A stretch of 64,000 nt of DNA from Octopus sinensis. Its lineage: Eukaryota. Shown in pieces: positions 11,471 to 24,529 of the stretch (positions within the stretch are counted from its first letter, which is position 1; every line of letters begins with the position of its first letter). The DNA lies in the NCBI RefSeq assembly GCF_006345805.1, contig NC_042999.1:148180001-148244000 (forward strand). Direction: 5' to 3'. Both the position numbers and the translations under genes were made by a program. Under the pieces are notes generated by a model. That model saw nothing but the letters and a program-made list of their open reading frames with translations, was not told the DNA's origin and made no database searches.

Positions 11471-13333
11471 CCTTAATTTTTCTTAAGGCTAATAGTAGTA
11501 AACATCTGAACTTTTTTTGACCCCACCTAAAAAAAAAAAATATCACTGGTGGTGATGGTGATGATGGTGATGATGATAATAATAATAGTAATAGTGTTGA
11601 TAATCTATCTATCTATCTACACACACACACACACACACACACTCAAAGAGTTCAACCAACACAAACCTCACCTCTATTGTTAACCAAATGTGAAAGTATT
11701 ATTTGACAGGCAAGAACTCTGGCATTGAAGACAGTCAGCCAGCCAACCACCAAGCCAGCCAACGAGACAGACAGACACTACTGTGATGGTGATAAGGATA
11801 AAAAAACAAAAATAACAATAATAAGATCCTGCTGTGACTACACATAAAACAATATCATTGATGATGATGGTGGTGATGGTGATGGTGATGATGATAATGA
11901 TGATGGTAATGGTGGTGATAATGATGATAGTGATAATAATGGTGATGATAATAACAATAATAAGCCGACTACGGCTGCTATAATGGTACGATTATAATTG
12001 TAACAGCAATGATGGCCGTCTCCCCACGAGCCAACCAAAGCTAAAAAATGATAACATTATCGTAGCACCAAAATGTTTTTGGAAACTAAAAGGAAAACTA
12101 AATCAGTATACCAAATCGCTTGTCCTATGGTTAATCTGGAAGCGCGTCCCCCAGGGAAGAGCCAGCCTGGGACCGAAAAGTCATCAACTGGCACAAACTC
12201 TTCTCCGAATACGGACATGGATGGTCACTTGAACGGGAAATCCCCCCAACTCGAGCCCTCCAAGTTCACCACCACAACCACCACAGAAAGAAAAATGTAA
12301 GCGGAACAAATGGACCCGAGAAGAGTATAAAGAAGTAATATACGCTTATTACTATGCATTAGGTAGGCCATCTCAAGAGAGACACACCGCAAACTCTTAC
12401 AGTATATGGAGAACACGGAATCAAGACAGTAGGCCCTATTTGGACGAGAACAAATTAGCAAATGTGAGGAGGGATATCCTTAGAAATAACAGACTCACAG
12501 ACAGTGAAATAAGCGCGATCAAGCACGCAACGGAAAATGACATAAATATAAGACACAAAGGAAATGAAGAATCAGATGAACAGTATGGCCCGCCACGAGG
12601 CTTAATTGAAAGACTGCCATCTGACCAAAGTACGCAAAAGCCTGAAGATACAAGAAATTCTATTGTACCTGTTAAAGATAGCCAGGAAAACGAAAAAACA
12701 ACAGTAACTGAAGATCTCGCATCTGCTGAAGAACACAGAGAGTCTATGGCAGAAATGAGGCAGAAAATCCTGAATACACTTGAAGTTGTAAGACATACAA
12801 GTATGAATGATAGAGAACCACTTCATAAACTCTCAAATACAAACCAAAATAAAAAACAAATCCAAATTGGCAACTATGTAACAAATGAAATAATACGAGA
12901 ATTAAAACCTGATTTTACTGAGTTAAATGAAATTATTTACGCTTCTGCTAGGGCAATTGAAACCAGCTATATGCCCCCGAAAAAACAATGAAAACAAAAC
13001 CTGGGAAGAAATCAAACCTGGAGAAGTAAAATTGAAAAAGAGATTGAATTTATGAGAGGGGAAATATCAATATTAAATGAACTAATATGTGGAAATGATG
13101 TAAGATCCAGAACAGGAAGAAAGATGAAGAGAAAATTTGGATCCTCACCAAGAGAAGAACTGATATCAATAAAAGAAATGCTGAAACAAAAAGTCCAAGC
13201 AAAAGCCCAAAGAATACGAAGATTTGAGAAGTGAAACAAGTTTTACAAGCAAAATAAGCTGTTCACATCCAATGCCAAAAAATTCTACAGAGAAATAGGG
13301 AAGGAGAAAGTAACCGTTAAAGACCCCCCTCCC

Positions 13334-15763
13334 ATGGAAGAAGTTCAAAACTTTTGGAAAAGTATTTGGAGTGACAAGAAGACGTACAACATAAATGCAG
13401 ACTGGATTATACAAACTGAAGGATCCTACCAAAATTTACAACAACAAGCATGGGAAGATATCACAATAACAGACCTAAGAAAGGCACTCACGAAGGCCCA
13501 TAATTGGAAATCCCCCGGTAAAGATAAGGTGCCGAATTTCTGGCTCGCATCGCTCCCATGCGCACACGGTAAGCTAGTTCAGCTGCTCAATGGAATTATG
13601 AGAGACCCAAAGAAAACACCTGAATGGTTAGCAAGTGGCATTACTTACCTACTCCCAAAGAATAACGAAACCAACCTTCCAAAAAACTATCGACCTATAA
13701 CTTGTCTATCCACCACGTATAAAATCCTAACATCTATCCTGGCGGAGAAAACATATGCATTCATGGAGAAGAACGATATTTTCCCCATTGAACAAAAAGG
13801 GTGCCGCCGAGGCTCTTACGGATGCAAAGATCAACTGCTAATCAATCGTATGATCCTTGAGAACTGTCACAACAAGCGCAGAAATCTCAGCACCGCATGG
13901 ATTGACTATAAAAAGGCCTTCGACAGTATACCGCATCCATGGATCTCGAGATCGCTGGACATCTTCAAAATTTCCCCTGTGATTTCAAACTTCCTGAAGC
14001 ACAATATGTCGTTGTGGAATACGAATCTCCAATTATACCACTCTAATGGAGTACTTGCCTCAGAAAATATAAACATCAACTGTGGAATTTTTCAAGGTGA
14101 CTCACTTTCACCTTTAATATTCTGCATAGCCCTAATACCCCTTACAAGTGAATTAAACAGAACAGGGTATGGGTATAAAATTGCCAATAAAAAAATAAGC
14201 CATCTATTTTATATGGATGACTTAAAACTTTATGGTAAAGACAATAATGAACTTGAAGGCCTATTGTGCACTGTGAAAGCATTCAGCGATGACATCGGGA
14301 TGGAGTTTGGACTTGAGAAGTGTGCCAAGGCCACTTTCCAGAAAGGGAAAGTGAAGACCACAAATTCAGTCGTGTTAGATGTTGACACAGTCATAAGAGA
14401 GCTTGAGCAAGAACAAACATACAAATATTTAGGGATAAATGAAGGCTCTGGTATTCAGCATGCAAGCATGAAAGAGAAGATAAGGAAGGAATGTTATAGG
14501 AGAGTTCGTGCAGTCCTGAAATCTGAACTAAATGCACGTAACAAGGTGTTAGCTATAAATTCCTTAGCAGTTCCAGTTGTTACTTATAGCTACAATGTGT
14601 TGAACTGGAATATGAGTGAAGTAAAGAATATAGATAGGAAAATACGCAAGCTGCTGAGTTGTAATAGGATGCACCACCCAAAGGCAGACGTAGATCGCCT
14701 TTACCTTCCCAGAGCCCAAGGAGGTCGAGGCCTGATCCAATTTGAACTAGCTTACAAAACAACCACAATTGGACTGGCCAAATATCTCGAAATATCGAAT
14801 GACTGGATGCTAAAGCTCGTGGAAAATCACGAGAGACGAAAGAAGCTTCATTCTATTATAAAGGAAAGCAAAAAATTTGCTATTGATCTCGTGCAGGATA
14901 CCCAAACTGAACAACCCGAGGGAAGTACGGCAATTATTGTTGCAAAGAAGGTGAAAATAATGGCAACGAAAAAAGCGCACGAGCAATTGGCTGATAGGTG
15001 GGAGGAGAAACCTCTGCACGGCAAATATGTGACCCGCAGCAAACAAGCTGATGTTGACCAGAAGCAAACCCATCAGTGGCTACGGAGCTCAGGGCTAAAA
15101 GCAGAGAGCGAAGGTTTCATCCTGGCTGCTCAAGATCAAAGCCTATTAACCCGGAACTACCAGGCCAATGTGATGAAAAATGGAGCAGACCCAAAATGCC
15201 GATTCTGCAACGACATGATTGAAACAGTAGACCACCTAATCTCTGGATGTAAAGTCTTAGCTCCAGTGGAGTATAAATTAAGACATGACAGAGTTGGCCA
15301 ATATCTACACTGGCTAATAAGTCGGCATTACAATATCAAAACTGCCGACAAGTGGTATAATCACCACCCTGAGGCTGTAACTGAAGGAGAAAATGTAACC
15401 ATTCTGTGGGACTTTCCAGTACATACAGACCGAACCATCAAGGCCAATAAACCAGATATTGTTGTGAAAGACCAAAACAATAAAGTTTGCTTATTGATCG
15501 ACATGAGCATCCCCTGTGATCATAATATCTCAGCGAAAGAGTTTGACAAGCTCAGAAAATATAAAGACCTACTCATTGAAATTGAGAAAATGTGGCATCT
15601 CAAGGCGGTTACAATACCAGTGATCGTAGGAGCACTAGGAATGATCAAGAAGGGAACCGAAAATTATATGAGAATGATCCCTGGCTTACCATCCCTGCAA
15701 GAAGTGCAAAAGATTGTCTTAACTGGTACATCACACGTATTGAGAAGAGCATTGTCGATGTGA
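13334..15763 (+). CDS. Reverse transcriptase + CCHC finger + restriction-like endonuclease (open 809-aa part of the LINE ORF)
   Basis: NYRPITCL, IDYKKAFDS, GIFQGDSLSP, FYMDDLKL, YKYLG, GGRGL, CRFC..ETVDHLISGC, RHDRV, KPDIVV..LLIDMSIP, K..KYKDL; upstream in-frame TGA at 13232 and frameshifts near 12300 and 12990. Confidence 0.93.
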   Translation: MEEVQNFWKSIWSDKKTYNINADWIIQTEGSYQNLQQQAWEDITITDLRKALTKAHNWKSPGKDKVPNFWLASLPCAHGKLVQLLNGIMRDPKKTPEWLASGITYLLPKNNETNLPKNYRPITCLSTTYKILTSILAEKTYAFMEKNDIFPIEQKGCRRGSYGCKDQLLINRMILENCHNKRRNLSTAWIDYKKAFDSIPHPWISRSLDIFKISPVISNFLKHNMSLWNTNLQLYHSNGVLASENININCGIFQGDSLSPLIFCIALIPLTSELNRTGYGYKIANKKISHLFYMDDLKLYGKDNNELEGLLCTVKAFSDDIGMEFGLEKCAKATFQKGKVKTTNSVVLDVDTVIRELEQEQTYKYLGINEGSGIQHASMKEKIRKECYRRVRAVLKSELNARNKVLAINSLAVPVVTYSYNVLNWNMSEVKNIDRKIRKLLSCNRMHHPKADVDRLYLPRAQGGRGLIQFELAYKTTTIGLAKYLEISNDWMLKLVENHERRKKLHSIIKESKKFAIDLVQDTQTEQPEGSTAIIVAKKVKIMATKKAHEQLADRWEEKPLHGKYVTRSKQADVDQKQTHQWLRSSGLKAESEGFILAAQDQSLLTRNYQANVMKNGADPKCRFCNDMIETVDHLISGCKVLAPVEYKLRHDRVGQYLHWLISRHYNIKTADKWYNHHPEAVTEGENVTILWDFPVHTDRTIKANKPDIVVKDQNNKVCLLIDMSIPCDHNISAKEFDKLRKYKDLLIEIEKMWHLKAVTIPVIVGALGMIKKGTENYMRMIPGLPSLQEVQKIVLTGTSHVLRRALSM

Positions 15764-15950
15764 GAACTGTTGCTGCTCATGTATTTTAATTTAACTTAAA
15801 AAAAAAAAAAATGAACGAACTATTGAGTTTGGTTTAATGGCCTACCAATGTATACTATGAGTTTCTTTGCCCTAGGAGTCGGGAAGACACTCGGCAAGAA
15901 ATGGAAGCAAATTTGAAAGAAGAAAAAAAAAAGTAATAATAATAATAATA

Positions 15951-16747
15951 AAGCTTATTAACCCGGAACTACCAAGCCAATGTGATAACAAAATGGACCT
16001 GACCCAAAATGCCGATTCTCTAACGATGAGATTGAAACAATAGACCACCTAATCTCAGGGTGTAGAATCTTAGCACCTGCAGAATATAAAGCAAGACATG
16101 ACAGAGTCGGCCAGTATTTACATTGGACAATATGTCAGTATTATAAAATCAAAACCGCTGACAAATGGTATAACCACCATCCTGAAGCTGTGACTGAGGG
16201 AGAAAATGTGTCGATTCTATGGGACTTCCCCGTACAGACTGACAAGACTATAAAAGCTAATAAACCGGATATTATTATAAAAGATCGGACAAAAAGGATG
16301 TGTTTATTAATTGACATGAGTATCCCTTGCAATCACAATATAGCGGCGAAAGAATTTGACAAGATTAGTAAATATAAAGACCTGCTAATAAAAATTGAAA
16401 AAATGTGGCATCTCAATGCGACTACAGTACCAGTGATTGTAGGATCTCTAGGAATGATAACAAAAAGGTACTGAAACCTATCTGAAAATGATTCCAGGCT
16501 TACCATCCCTACAGGAAGTGCAAAAAATCGTATTAACTGGAACGGCTCATGTACTGAGAAGAACATTATCGCTGTGAAAACAACATCCATCCATGAATTT
16601 ATTTATTTATTAATTTTTAAATACATATTTTTATCTGTGAATTTGCGTGTGTAATCTGGGAATGCATACATTGAGCTTCTCTGTCCTAGGTGTATGGAAA
16701 ACACTCGGCGAGAAACGGAAGGAAATTTGAAGAAAGAAGGAAAAAAC

Positions 16748-16795
<48 letters not shown>

Positions 16796-16830
16796 TAATA
16801 ATAATAATAACAATAATAATAATAATAATA
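15951..16830 (+). mobile_element. 5'-truncated 3' fragment of a related R4/Dong LINE with (TAA)n tail
   Basis: Repeats the CCHC-RLE region (TEGENVSILWDFPVQTDKTIKANKPDII...) directly after the previous copy's tail. Confidence 0.9.
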
Positions 16831-17350
16831 ATGGGTGGTTCTTTCAACATCCTTAAACAACCCTTATTCAGGGACCTTTTGAGCGGGATGGGCTACTCAA
16901 CCTGAAGAAAATTCTAACTGGGCCCCACCTGCAAGGTCATGTGCTGTTTATCTTGATATGAGATCACCATGTCGTGCACATATGGTTGTGATGCATGTGC
17001 CTGGTGTACCCTTATCAGACGGGTAGTCATGATGGGTATATTGGGCTTCGTATATTTTACCCCAGTGTCACTTTGATGGCATGCACTGCTCTCTCACTCA
17101 ATAATAATAATACCTTATTCAGAGACTCTTTGAACAGGATGGGCTACTCGACCTGAAAAAAATACTAACTGGGCCCTACCTGCAAGGTCATGCGCCGTTT
17201 ATCTTGATATGTCGTGCACATATGATTGTGATGCATGTGCCTGGTGTACCGTTATCTGACAGGTAACCATGATGAGTATTTTGGGCTTCGTATATTTGTA
17301 CCCTAATACCATTTTGATGGCATGAAGTGAACGAATAATGATAATAATAA
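16831..17350 (+). mobile_element. Two tandem 5'-truncated copies of a non-coding (TAA)n-tailed retroposon
   Basis: CCTTATTCAG.GAC..TT..GGATGGGCTACTC...CTGCAAGGTCATG...GATGCATGTGCCTGGTGTACC repeated; other copies at 53248-53835 (-) and 60608-60736. Confidence 0.8.
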
Positions 17351-17889
17351 AGATCTGCTATGTTAAAGAATGCAACTATTTTCAATGCATACATTGAACT
17401 TAGGAAGTCAACATTTTGGGGATATTCACACTTATTTAAGTAAAGATTTCATTCTCAATGTTTTCTTTTAAAAACTGTGACTAAAGCAAATAGAATTCCT
17501 TAACCGGTAACTCCATGCTATATCATCTTAAATAGAATATATTTTCTAGGATTAAAGAATAAGATAAAAATAATAGCCTTGTAATCATTGCAACTCGGTG
17601 TTATAGCATATCCATTTTGTTACAAAGCCTTTCAGAAGGTTTTCCGAACTCAATTTACAGAAACCTAAGTCGAATAAATTTTACAAACTAACCATCTTCC
17701 CACATTTCTAACAATGATTTCTATTTTCATACGCATGTCTTCTACAACTTGTGTGTGTTTAAGCATTATTCTTTCTTATTGTATTCATAAAATTCATTTC
17801 TTCACAAAGAAATTTTCATCTTTATCATTAACACATGTAAATCCATCAACGTAAATACGAATTCTATACTTTTATTCTTTTCGAGTTTA

Positions 17890-18400
17890 TAGCCGCTTTA
17901 TGGCAGGAAATTGGTCCATGATCAAGTTTGTAGCAGCTGAACTTCCCTGAGTGTATCATTGAATACTTGACTGGTCAGGTATCGTCGTTAGAAGTTTATC
18001 CAATGTTGTTCTGAAAGTTTCAACAGAGGTTCCTTTTATACTTCAGATTTCTTTAGGTAAGCAGCAGAAACAGTTGAAGACTTCTAAATATCTGACTGGT
18101 ACAATAGAGTGTTTTCTTCCGTGATTTCAAAAATGTTATATTTGGAAGCCGACAGCATCTGCCAGTTTGTGCATTAAATATCTCTGTAATGCCGACATTT
18201 GGAACATACCTCTGCAGGATTTTCAATATGTATATGTTAGTATAACTCTCCCTTCAGCGTTCAAGAGAACAGAAACGAAGAGCTTTTAGACGTTCCCAGT
18301 AATTAAATACTGTGATTTGTTTACCATATAATCTGGTTTCATTCATATTTTCTGCTTGCTCCATTCTATTCGACATTTTGCTGAGTGTTTTCGAAACTGT
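17890..18400 (-). mobile_element. Decayed 3' end of a CR1/L2-group LINE
   Basis: Minus translation NYWERLKALRFCSLER*RERVILTYILKILQRYVPN resembles the YW.RLK.L.L.SLERRRER C-terminus. Confidence 0.65.
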
Positions 18401-19545
18401 GTTGTGAAGTTTACAAGTATTAATAATGCTGAGAATAAAAAAAAATACCAGTGAGAAGACTTATGTATACGAGATATTTTATGAATGGTATAACGGAAAG
18501 AATAACGTGTAAACACACAAGATATTACACACACATCAACAGAAATATTATATCTTGATAGTGATGTGGGAATGGATAATTTGTATGAATTAAATTCTCT
18601 GTAAATATAGTTCAGAATAACACCCTATAGGATTGTATATGTTTGTAAGCATGTGAAAATGTGGGTGAATGAATGTGTGCACATACGCACGCCTGTGGTT
18701 GCATGGTGGCATTCACTACGTCCCGCATTCGATATCACCGTAACTTGGACGTATTTTACTGTGGTTGAGCCAAGACTTCAAGAGCCATATTGAGTGGCTG
18801 AAAAATATGTGAAAACATGTCGGGTGGATTTTATCGTTATTTTGAGTTTCAACCTTGTCACAAACTATCACACAAAATCTATCTGAAGGTCATATTATGG
18901 ATACATCTGTCTGCGGAATATTCAACCAATTCAACGAGCAGGTAGTTAAGTTGAAGTAGTACCTCAGTACTCATCGGTGAAACTGACCGAGATCCATAAT
19001 GTGTTGCTTCACGGGTTTATTTTCTATTTAATAACCATTGACGACAAAGGCTGACTAATAATGAATTTGAAAACATTTAGGTAGGGTGAATTGACCTCAT
19101 TTTACAAATGGAGCTGATACAAATATTAAACTTCAAAGACATATATAAAATTCAAATTTGACCTGCTGAAAATATGTCTTGCTGGAAAGTCATGTCTTAT
19201 TCCAAGAAAGTCATCTATGTAAGTTGCATATTGGGTGCGTATTTTTGACAAAGAAAAGTTTAGAGTCCTATAGAAATTATCCCTCATGCATGACTAGCAT
19301 GTTAGTCATTACAAAGTGTATCAATAGATAAGCGTAAAGAAGCTTTCAAGTCAAATACAAGATATGCTATTTTTGAATATCAAGTGTTGAATATCAAGTG
19401 TTGATTGTTATATATGAAAATATTCACAATGGCTAAAGTTTTCATTCACACCCAAAAATGACGAACAAAGACCTATATGAACATAAATAATATCTACTTA
19501 TCCTTCAGGCTGGTTTGTCTGTTTGCCTACCTGTCTGTCTATATG
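18286..19545 (+). repeat. Direct segmental duplication, copy 1 (~1.25 kb)
   Basis: Colinear and nearly identical to 30178-31415. Confidence 0.95.
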
Positions 19546-19580
19546 TGTGTGTGTGTGTCTGTCTGTCTGTGTGTGTATGT

Positions 19581-19622
<42 letters not shown>

Positions 19623-20238
19623 GTGTGTTAGTCGTTGTTTCTTGCGTATTTTTATACTTATTAATATATTCAGGTTTATGTGCATGTGCTTTTATGTAGC
19701 AGTAGATGTAGTTGTTTATACGGAAATACATTGAGTTAGATTGTATTTCGAGGTGTGGTCAGAAACCGTGGTTGAAATTTAAGGTTTATGTGGTTTTGAT
19801 GTGAGTGTCAGTTCCCCATTTTATTTATATTAAAGTTTATATATAATTTTATATACATTTTAAAGGTATATAAATGTCACAATACATTTCTAGAATTTAT
19901 GACCATATACATGACATCCTTTGTATCTTTATATACTTATTTATTTACATCTTTACTCTTTTATTACATTTTGCACTTACTATCATCCTGTATAATCATG
20001 TTTAAATTTATACATATCCTTTTTCCTCTTTATGATCCCAACTTCATTAAAGATTCACCCCCTTCCACCTCTTTCTCTCAACATCCAAACCCCCATTCTT
20101 TATCGAGTGAAAAACGGTATGGACGTTTTGTTTCAGTGTCTCGCTATGCCATATACGACTATGAGGATTTACCTTCCCAATGAAACTTTTTCTCAAACCT
20201 GCTATAATGTAATATATGTCTTTGATGTGTTAATCGTA

Positions 20239-20327
20239 CGCTGCTGAAGAAGGCTGTTGACCTACATGTTATATCAATTATGCATTGATATGAATTGAGC
20301 AATAAAGCCAGAAACATATGTACCGCA
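20239..20327 (+). ncRNA. Hammerhead-like motif with extended stem II
   Basis: gctg-CTGAAGA-aggct...(atatcaat/attgatat hairpin)...agcca-GAAAC-atat-GTA-ccgc. Confidence 0.65.
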
Positions 20328-20674
20328 ATATCCTTTGCATCCTGTTTTTCTTTTGATAAATATATCCTATCACCTACACCACTAGCTGGCATATACAGGT
20401 GCTTAGAGTTACGAAGGATTCACCCTGAATTTTATATATATATATATAATTTCGGCTGGTTATACTCAAAATTGCAAAGATAATGTGGAAACCGACTGAG
20501 GATAGAAAACTCCGAATGATCCGTCCTTGTTTTCCTCGTATCATCTGTCTGGATATTTTGTTGTCCCTTTTTTGTTTCACCTAACTGTCTGGATGTTTAG
20601 CGTTCTTATCCCATTTTTGTATTTTTTATATATAAAATATAGCAGCGTACGTACACTTTGGTCTCTTATATATA

Positions 20675-21205
20675 TCTATATATATAAAACTGTAGTTGTG
20701 TGAGTGTCTGTCCCCTTCGATTTAGATTCCTAACTACTCCCACATTTTGCGGTGCAGTTTAACCGAATTAGGGTATCTTATAGTCGTGATTCATATCGAG
20801 CCCGTCTGGGTATTAGCGCGCGTCTACGATGAGTCTACGATTTTAAAAATAATTTAACATCATTTTTTATTCCATTTTAATGCATATTTTTTCGTGTGTC
20901 GATGGCGGCGGAGTTGGCGTACATGCTCACATCTGCACCTATGTTGCTTCTCCCCCTTCTTCCCTCCCTCGTGAAGCTGTGGGGAAGGGAGTGTAAGGAA
21001 ATCAACGTCGTAAAGCGTTGTCAAGGAGACCAGCGTTCTTTTAGAACAACGACTGCATGGCTTGAAGACACTCAGTCAACGACTTAAAACAAAAATTACC
21101 CCCATTTTTTATTCCATTTTTAATGCATTTTTTACTATAACTCTCTAAAAATGCTTATATAGTTATTTCCCTTACAAACCCGAGCAACGCCGGGCGATAC
21201 TGCTA

Positions 21206-21206
<1 letters not shown>
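20675..21206 (+). mobile_element. Non-autonomous Helitron
   Basis: A|TCTATATATATAAAA start; 3' hairpin CCCGAGCAACGCCGGG then CTAG|T. Confidence 0.8.
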
Positions 21207-21245
<39 letters not shown>

Positions 21246-22697
21246 GTGTGTACCGTTGGCGATTTTTTTCCTCTGTCTTCCCTTCTCTGGATCTTTCCTT
21301 CTCCTATGTTTCCGACGAAGAGCTCCGCTCGAAACGTTAAACCCTCCTTCTTCCCTTCTTTCCTGAGCGTCCAATAATACTATATTTGTTCCACGTCCTT
21401 GCATTGTTGTGTTTTTTTGTGTTTTCTTGTTTGGATTAACTTTATATACCGCACGCTCACACGGACCCCGCCCCTCTGAGTGCCTTGGATACCAATTCAT
21501 GGATTTTTACACTTATGGATTACTGTTACCATTCTTCCGGAGTACGCCACTGAAATCGTGATTGGAAATCAAAAAACTTTGTCCGTGACTCTACAACAAC
21601 TTTTTTTCCTCGAACTTTTTTCCTCGAACTTTTTCCTCGTACTTTTTCCTCGTCCTTTTTTACCTTTCTTCTTCTACCTCCATTTTTCCACTTGTGTCGC
21701 CACCGCTTACACCTACACAAACATTCACCACTTCTCAACATGCCTGACTTGCACTCGTTCCTCCAACACCTTCAATCCCTTCCTGGCCGTTTTCTTGCTT
21801 TCCCCTCCCCCAATGCTTACAACCCGCAAAAAAACTTTCTCACTTACTTTTTAAAAAAACTCGCCAGTCTAGCCATCTCTCCTTTCTCAGCCGTTGCCTC
21901 CGCCATCACGTCACACCCCGTGGCTTCCTCTTGAAGTTCTACGCCACCCCCTATTCCTCCCCCTCATCGAACCCACCCTCGCCCGCACTTCCCGCCTCCT
22001 CATCCGTGCAACCATCCGTTCCACCCGCTCTCTCTTCCACTCCCTTGACCACCAACTTCCCCAGGCTTACCTCCTTCTCTTCTCCCTCTGCCTCCCACTC
22101 TTCACCCAACCTATTCTCCGCTTCATTCTTAATCTCAACCACCAACTTCACAATTTCCTCACACACAGAAAAAACAAAAAACTCCACCACCTCCTCAACC
22201 CTTCACCTCCTTCCCCTCCCATATCCCCTTCATCCTCCCCTTCAGCTCCCCCGACTCCCTCCTATCCCGTACCCACCACCCCCTCCCCTCCTGCACCCTC
22301 CACGGACCCAAGCACACCCAACCCTGACATTCCCATGCCTACTCCATCTTGACCCAACCATCACAACTCTCCTCCCCACACCTCTGCACTCCCTCTTCCT
22401 GACCCCACTAATCCCACCACTCTGCTTCCTCGCACTGTTGTCACTATACCCCCCAATCTCCACCTCTCCACTGCTGAGCGCTCTCTCCTCAGTAAGGGAC
22501 TCCGCTTCACGCCTCTCACGCTCCACTGTGACGAATTTGAGACTCGGACCGACGTCAACCAGTCCCTGCGCCGCCTCAAACTTTGCGCATTTTTCCACGC
22601 TTCCCCACAGCGTCACGACAATCAGGATTGCTTTTTGGAGCTGGGGCGCCGCCCATCCATCTAGACGCCGCCCCCAGGCCAATTCTGTAGCCTAGAT

Positions 22698-24416
22698 TTG
22701 TTCGTGAGCGACTGCAATGCGTTGGTCAACCGGTTCAACTTTAAAAAAAGACCTCTCCGAGACAACCTCACTCGGGCTGAATTGATTGCCCTTCGCAACC
22801 TCCGTCGCCGCAATGACATCGTCATCAAACCGGCAGACAAAGGCGGAGCAGTGGTGGTGTGGCGCGCGGACCTATACTGGGAGGAAGCGCTCAGCCAGCT
22901 TCAAAATCCCCTCTTCTATCGCCTCCTCCCCCTCCGATCCCACCTCTTCCTACCAACAGCGAGTGTCCTCCACCATCCACGACCTCATCTCCTCTTCTGC
23001 TCTCCTCCCCCCACCGCCACCAACTTCATCGTCCGCACACCCCGCACCTCCACCATCTATTTCCTTCCTAAAATTCATAAACCCAATAACCCTGGCCGAC
23101 CCATCGTTTCCGCCTGTAATTGCCCCACTGAACACGTTTCCTTATACCTCGACCGTATCCTGTCCCCCTTAGTCGCTGCCCTCCCATCCCACATACATGA
23201 CACCAACCACGCCCTCCGTCTCTTCAATTCCTTTTCCTTCCCTTCCAGACCCTCACACCTCCTCTTCACCTTAGACATAAAATCCTTTTACACGGTAATT
23301 CCCCACAACGACGGTCTCTTAGCCCTCCAGTACTTCCTCGACCGTCGTCCCGACCCTACGCCCAGCACCCCCACCCTTCTCCGCCTGACAGAGCTCGTCT
23401 TCACCCTCAACTGTTTCACGTTCGCCGGGGAAACTTACCAACAGTTGGCTGGGGTCGCGATGGGAACGAGAATGGGCCCCAATTTCGCCAATCTCTTTGT
23501 TGGCTACATTGAGGCCCAAGTATTCTCCCAATTCTCCGGGCCGACCCCAGAACTATACGGTCGCTACATAGACGACTGCATAGGCGCCACCTCCCTTTCC
23601 CGCGAACAACTCTGCCACTTCATCTCTTTCCTCTCTAACTTCCACCCCTCTCTCCAATTCACTTCCACCATCTCCAATACCTCTGTTAACTTCCTTGATA
23701 TCTCTCTTAGCATCGACCACCCCTCCCAATCTCTCACCACCTCCGCCTTCTTCAAACCCACGGATTCCCACCTCTATCTCAACTTCTCCTCCTCCCATCC
23801 CTTCCACACCAAACGGGCCATCCCCTACTCCCAGTTCCTCTACCTCCGACACTTGTGCAGCCGCGACCTGGATTTCGAGACCCAGTCTCAATACCTGGCC
23901 CGCCTGTTCAGACATCGAGGATACCCACCAACCCTTGTATTGAACGCCCTCGCCCGCGCTCGTCGTATCGACCGCACCACTGCCTTTCTCCTTCCTCTCA
24001 ACAACCGCCCAACCGCACCTACTTTCCCCTCCTTTTCCACCCCTCTACTATACCCCCTTCGTCGGAAGACACTATGTGTCTTCCGTCGTCTCCAGCTCGA
24101 TCCCACGATCCGCCCCATTTTCCCCAACCCACCCCAATCCTCCTTCAAACGAGGCCGGAATCTACGCGATCTCCTGGTCCGTAGCACCCTCTCTTCTTCC
24201 CCCTCAGCCCCACACGGATCCTTCCCGTACTCCAGATCCCGCTGCAACACCTGCCCCTTCATCACCAACACCACTGCTGTCACCGGTTCCAACCAGCGAA
24301 CTGTACGTATTGGACATCCTTTTACGTCTGGTCTCATATATTGCATTAAATGCAACCTCATTTTCACTCTACAGACCTATACCCCGCACGGACTCAACAC
24401 AGCCCCCTCCTCTTAG
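22698..24416 (+). pseudogene. Penelope-type reverse transcriptase with truncated GIY-YIG endonuclease
   Basis: IVIKPADKGGAVVVW, LPKIHKPNNPGRPIVS, LDIKSFYTVIPH, GVAMGTRMGPNFANLF, RYIDD, FLDI, KPTDSHLYL, RCNTCPFI, IYCIKC, then loss of the YIG half; upstream stop at 22693. Confidence 0.9.
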
Positions 24417-24529
24417 TGACTGCGCTCCACCTCTCGCAACAAGCAACTTTTTTTATTTTTTTACTTTATTAATTTTTATTTTATTTTATTTCTTCCTCCC
24501 CCCCCTTTTTTTAAATATTTGGCCTTATA

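Larger units (their letters stand above)
10430..15950 (+). mobile_element. Near full-length R4/Dong-clade non-LTR retrotransposon flanked by (TAA)n
   Basis: Begins right after a (TAA)n tract, has a long 5' region, a single long ORF broken in its N-terminal part (12073-13333), a short 3' UTR and a (TAA)n tail; 5' boundary is inferred. Confidence 0.85.
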
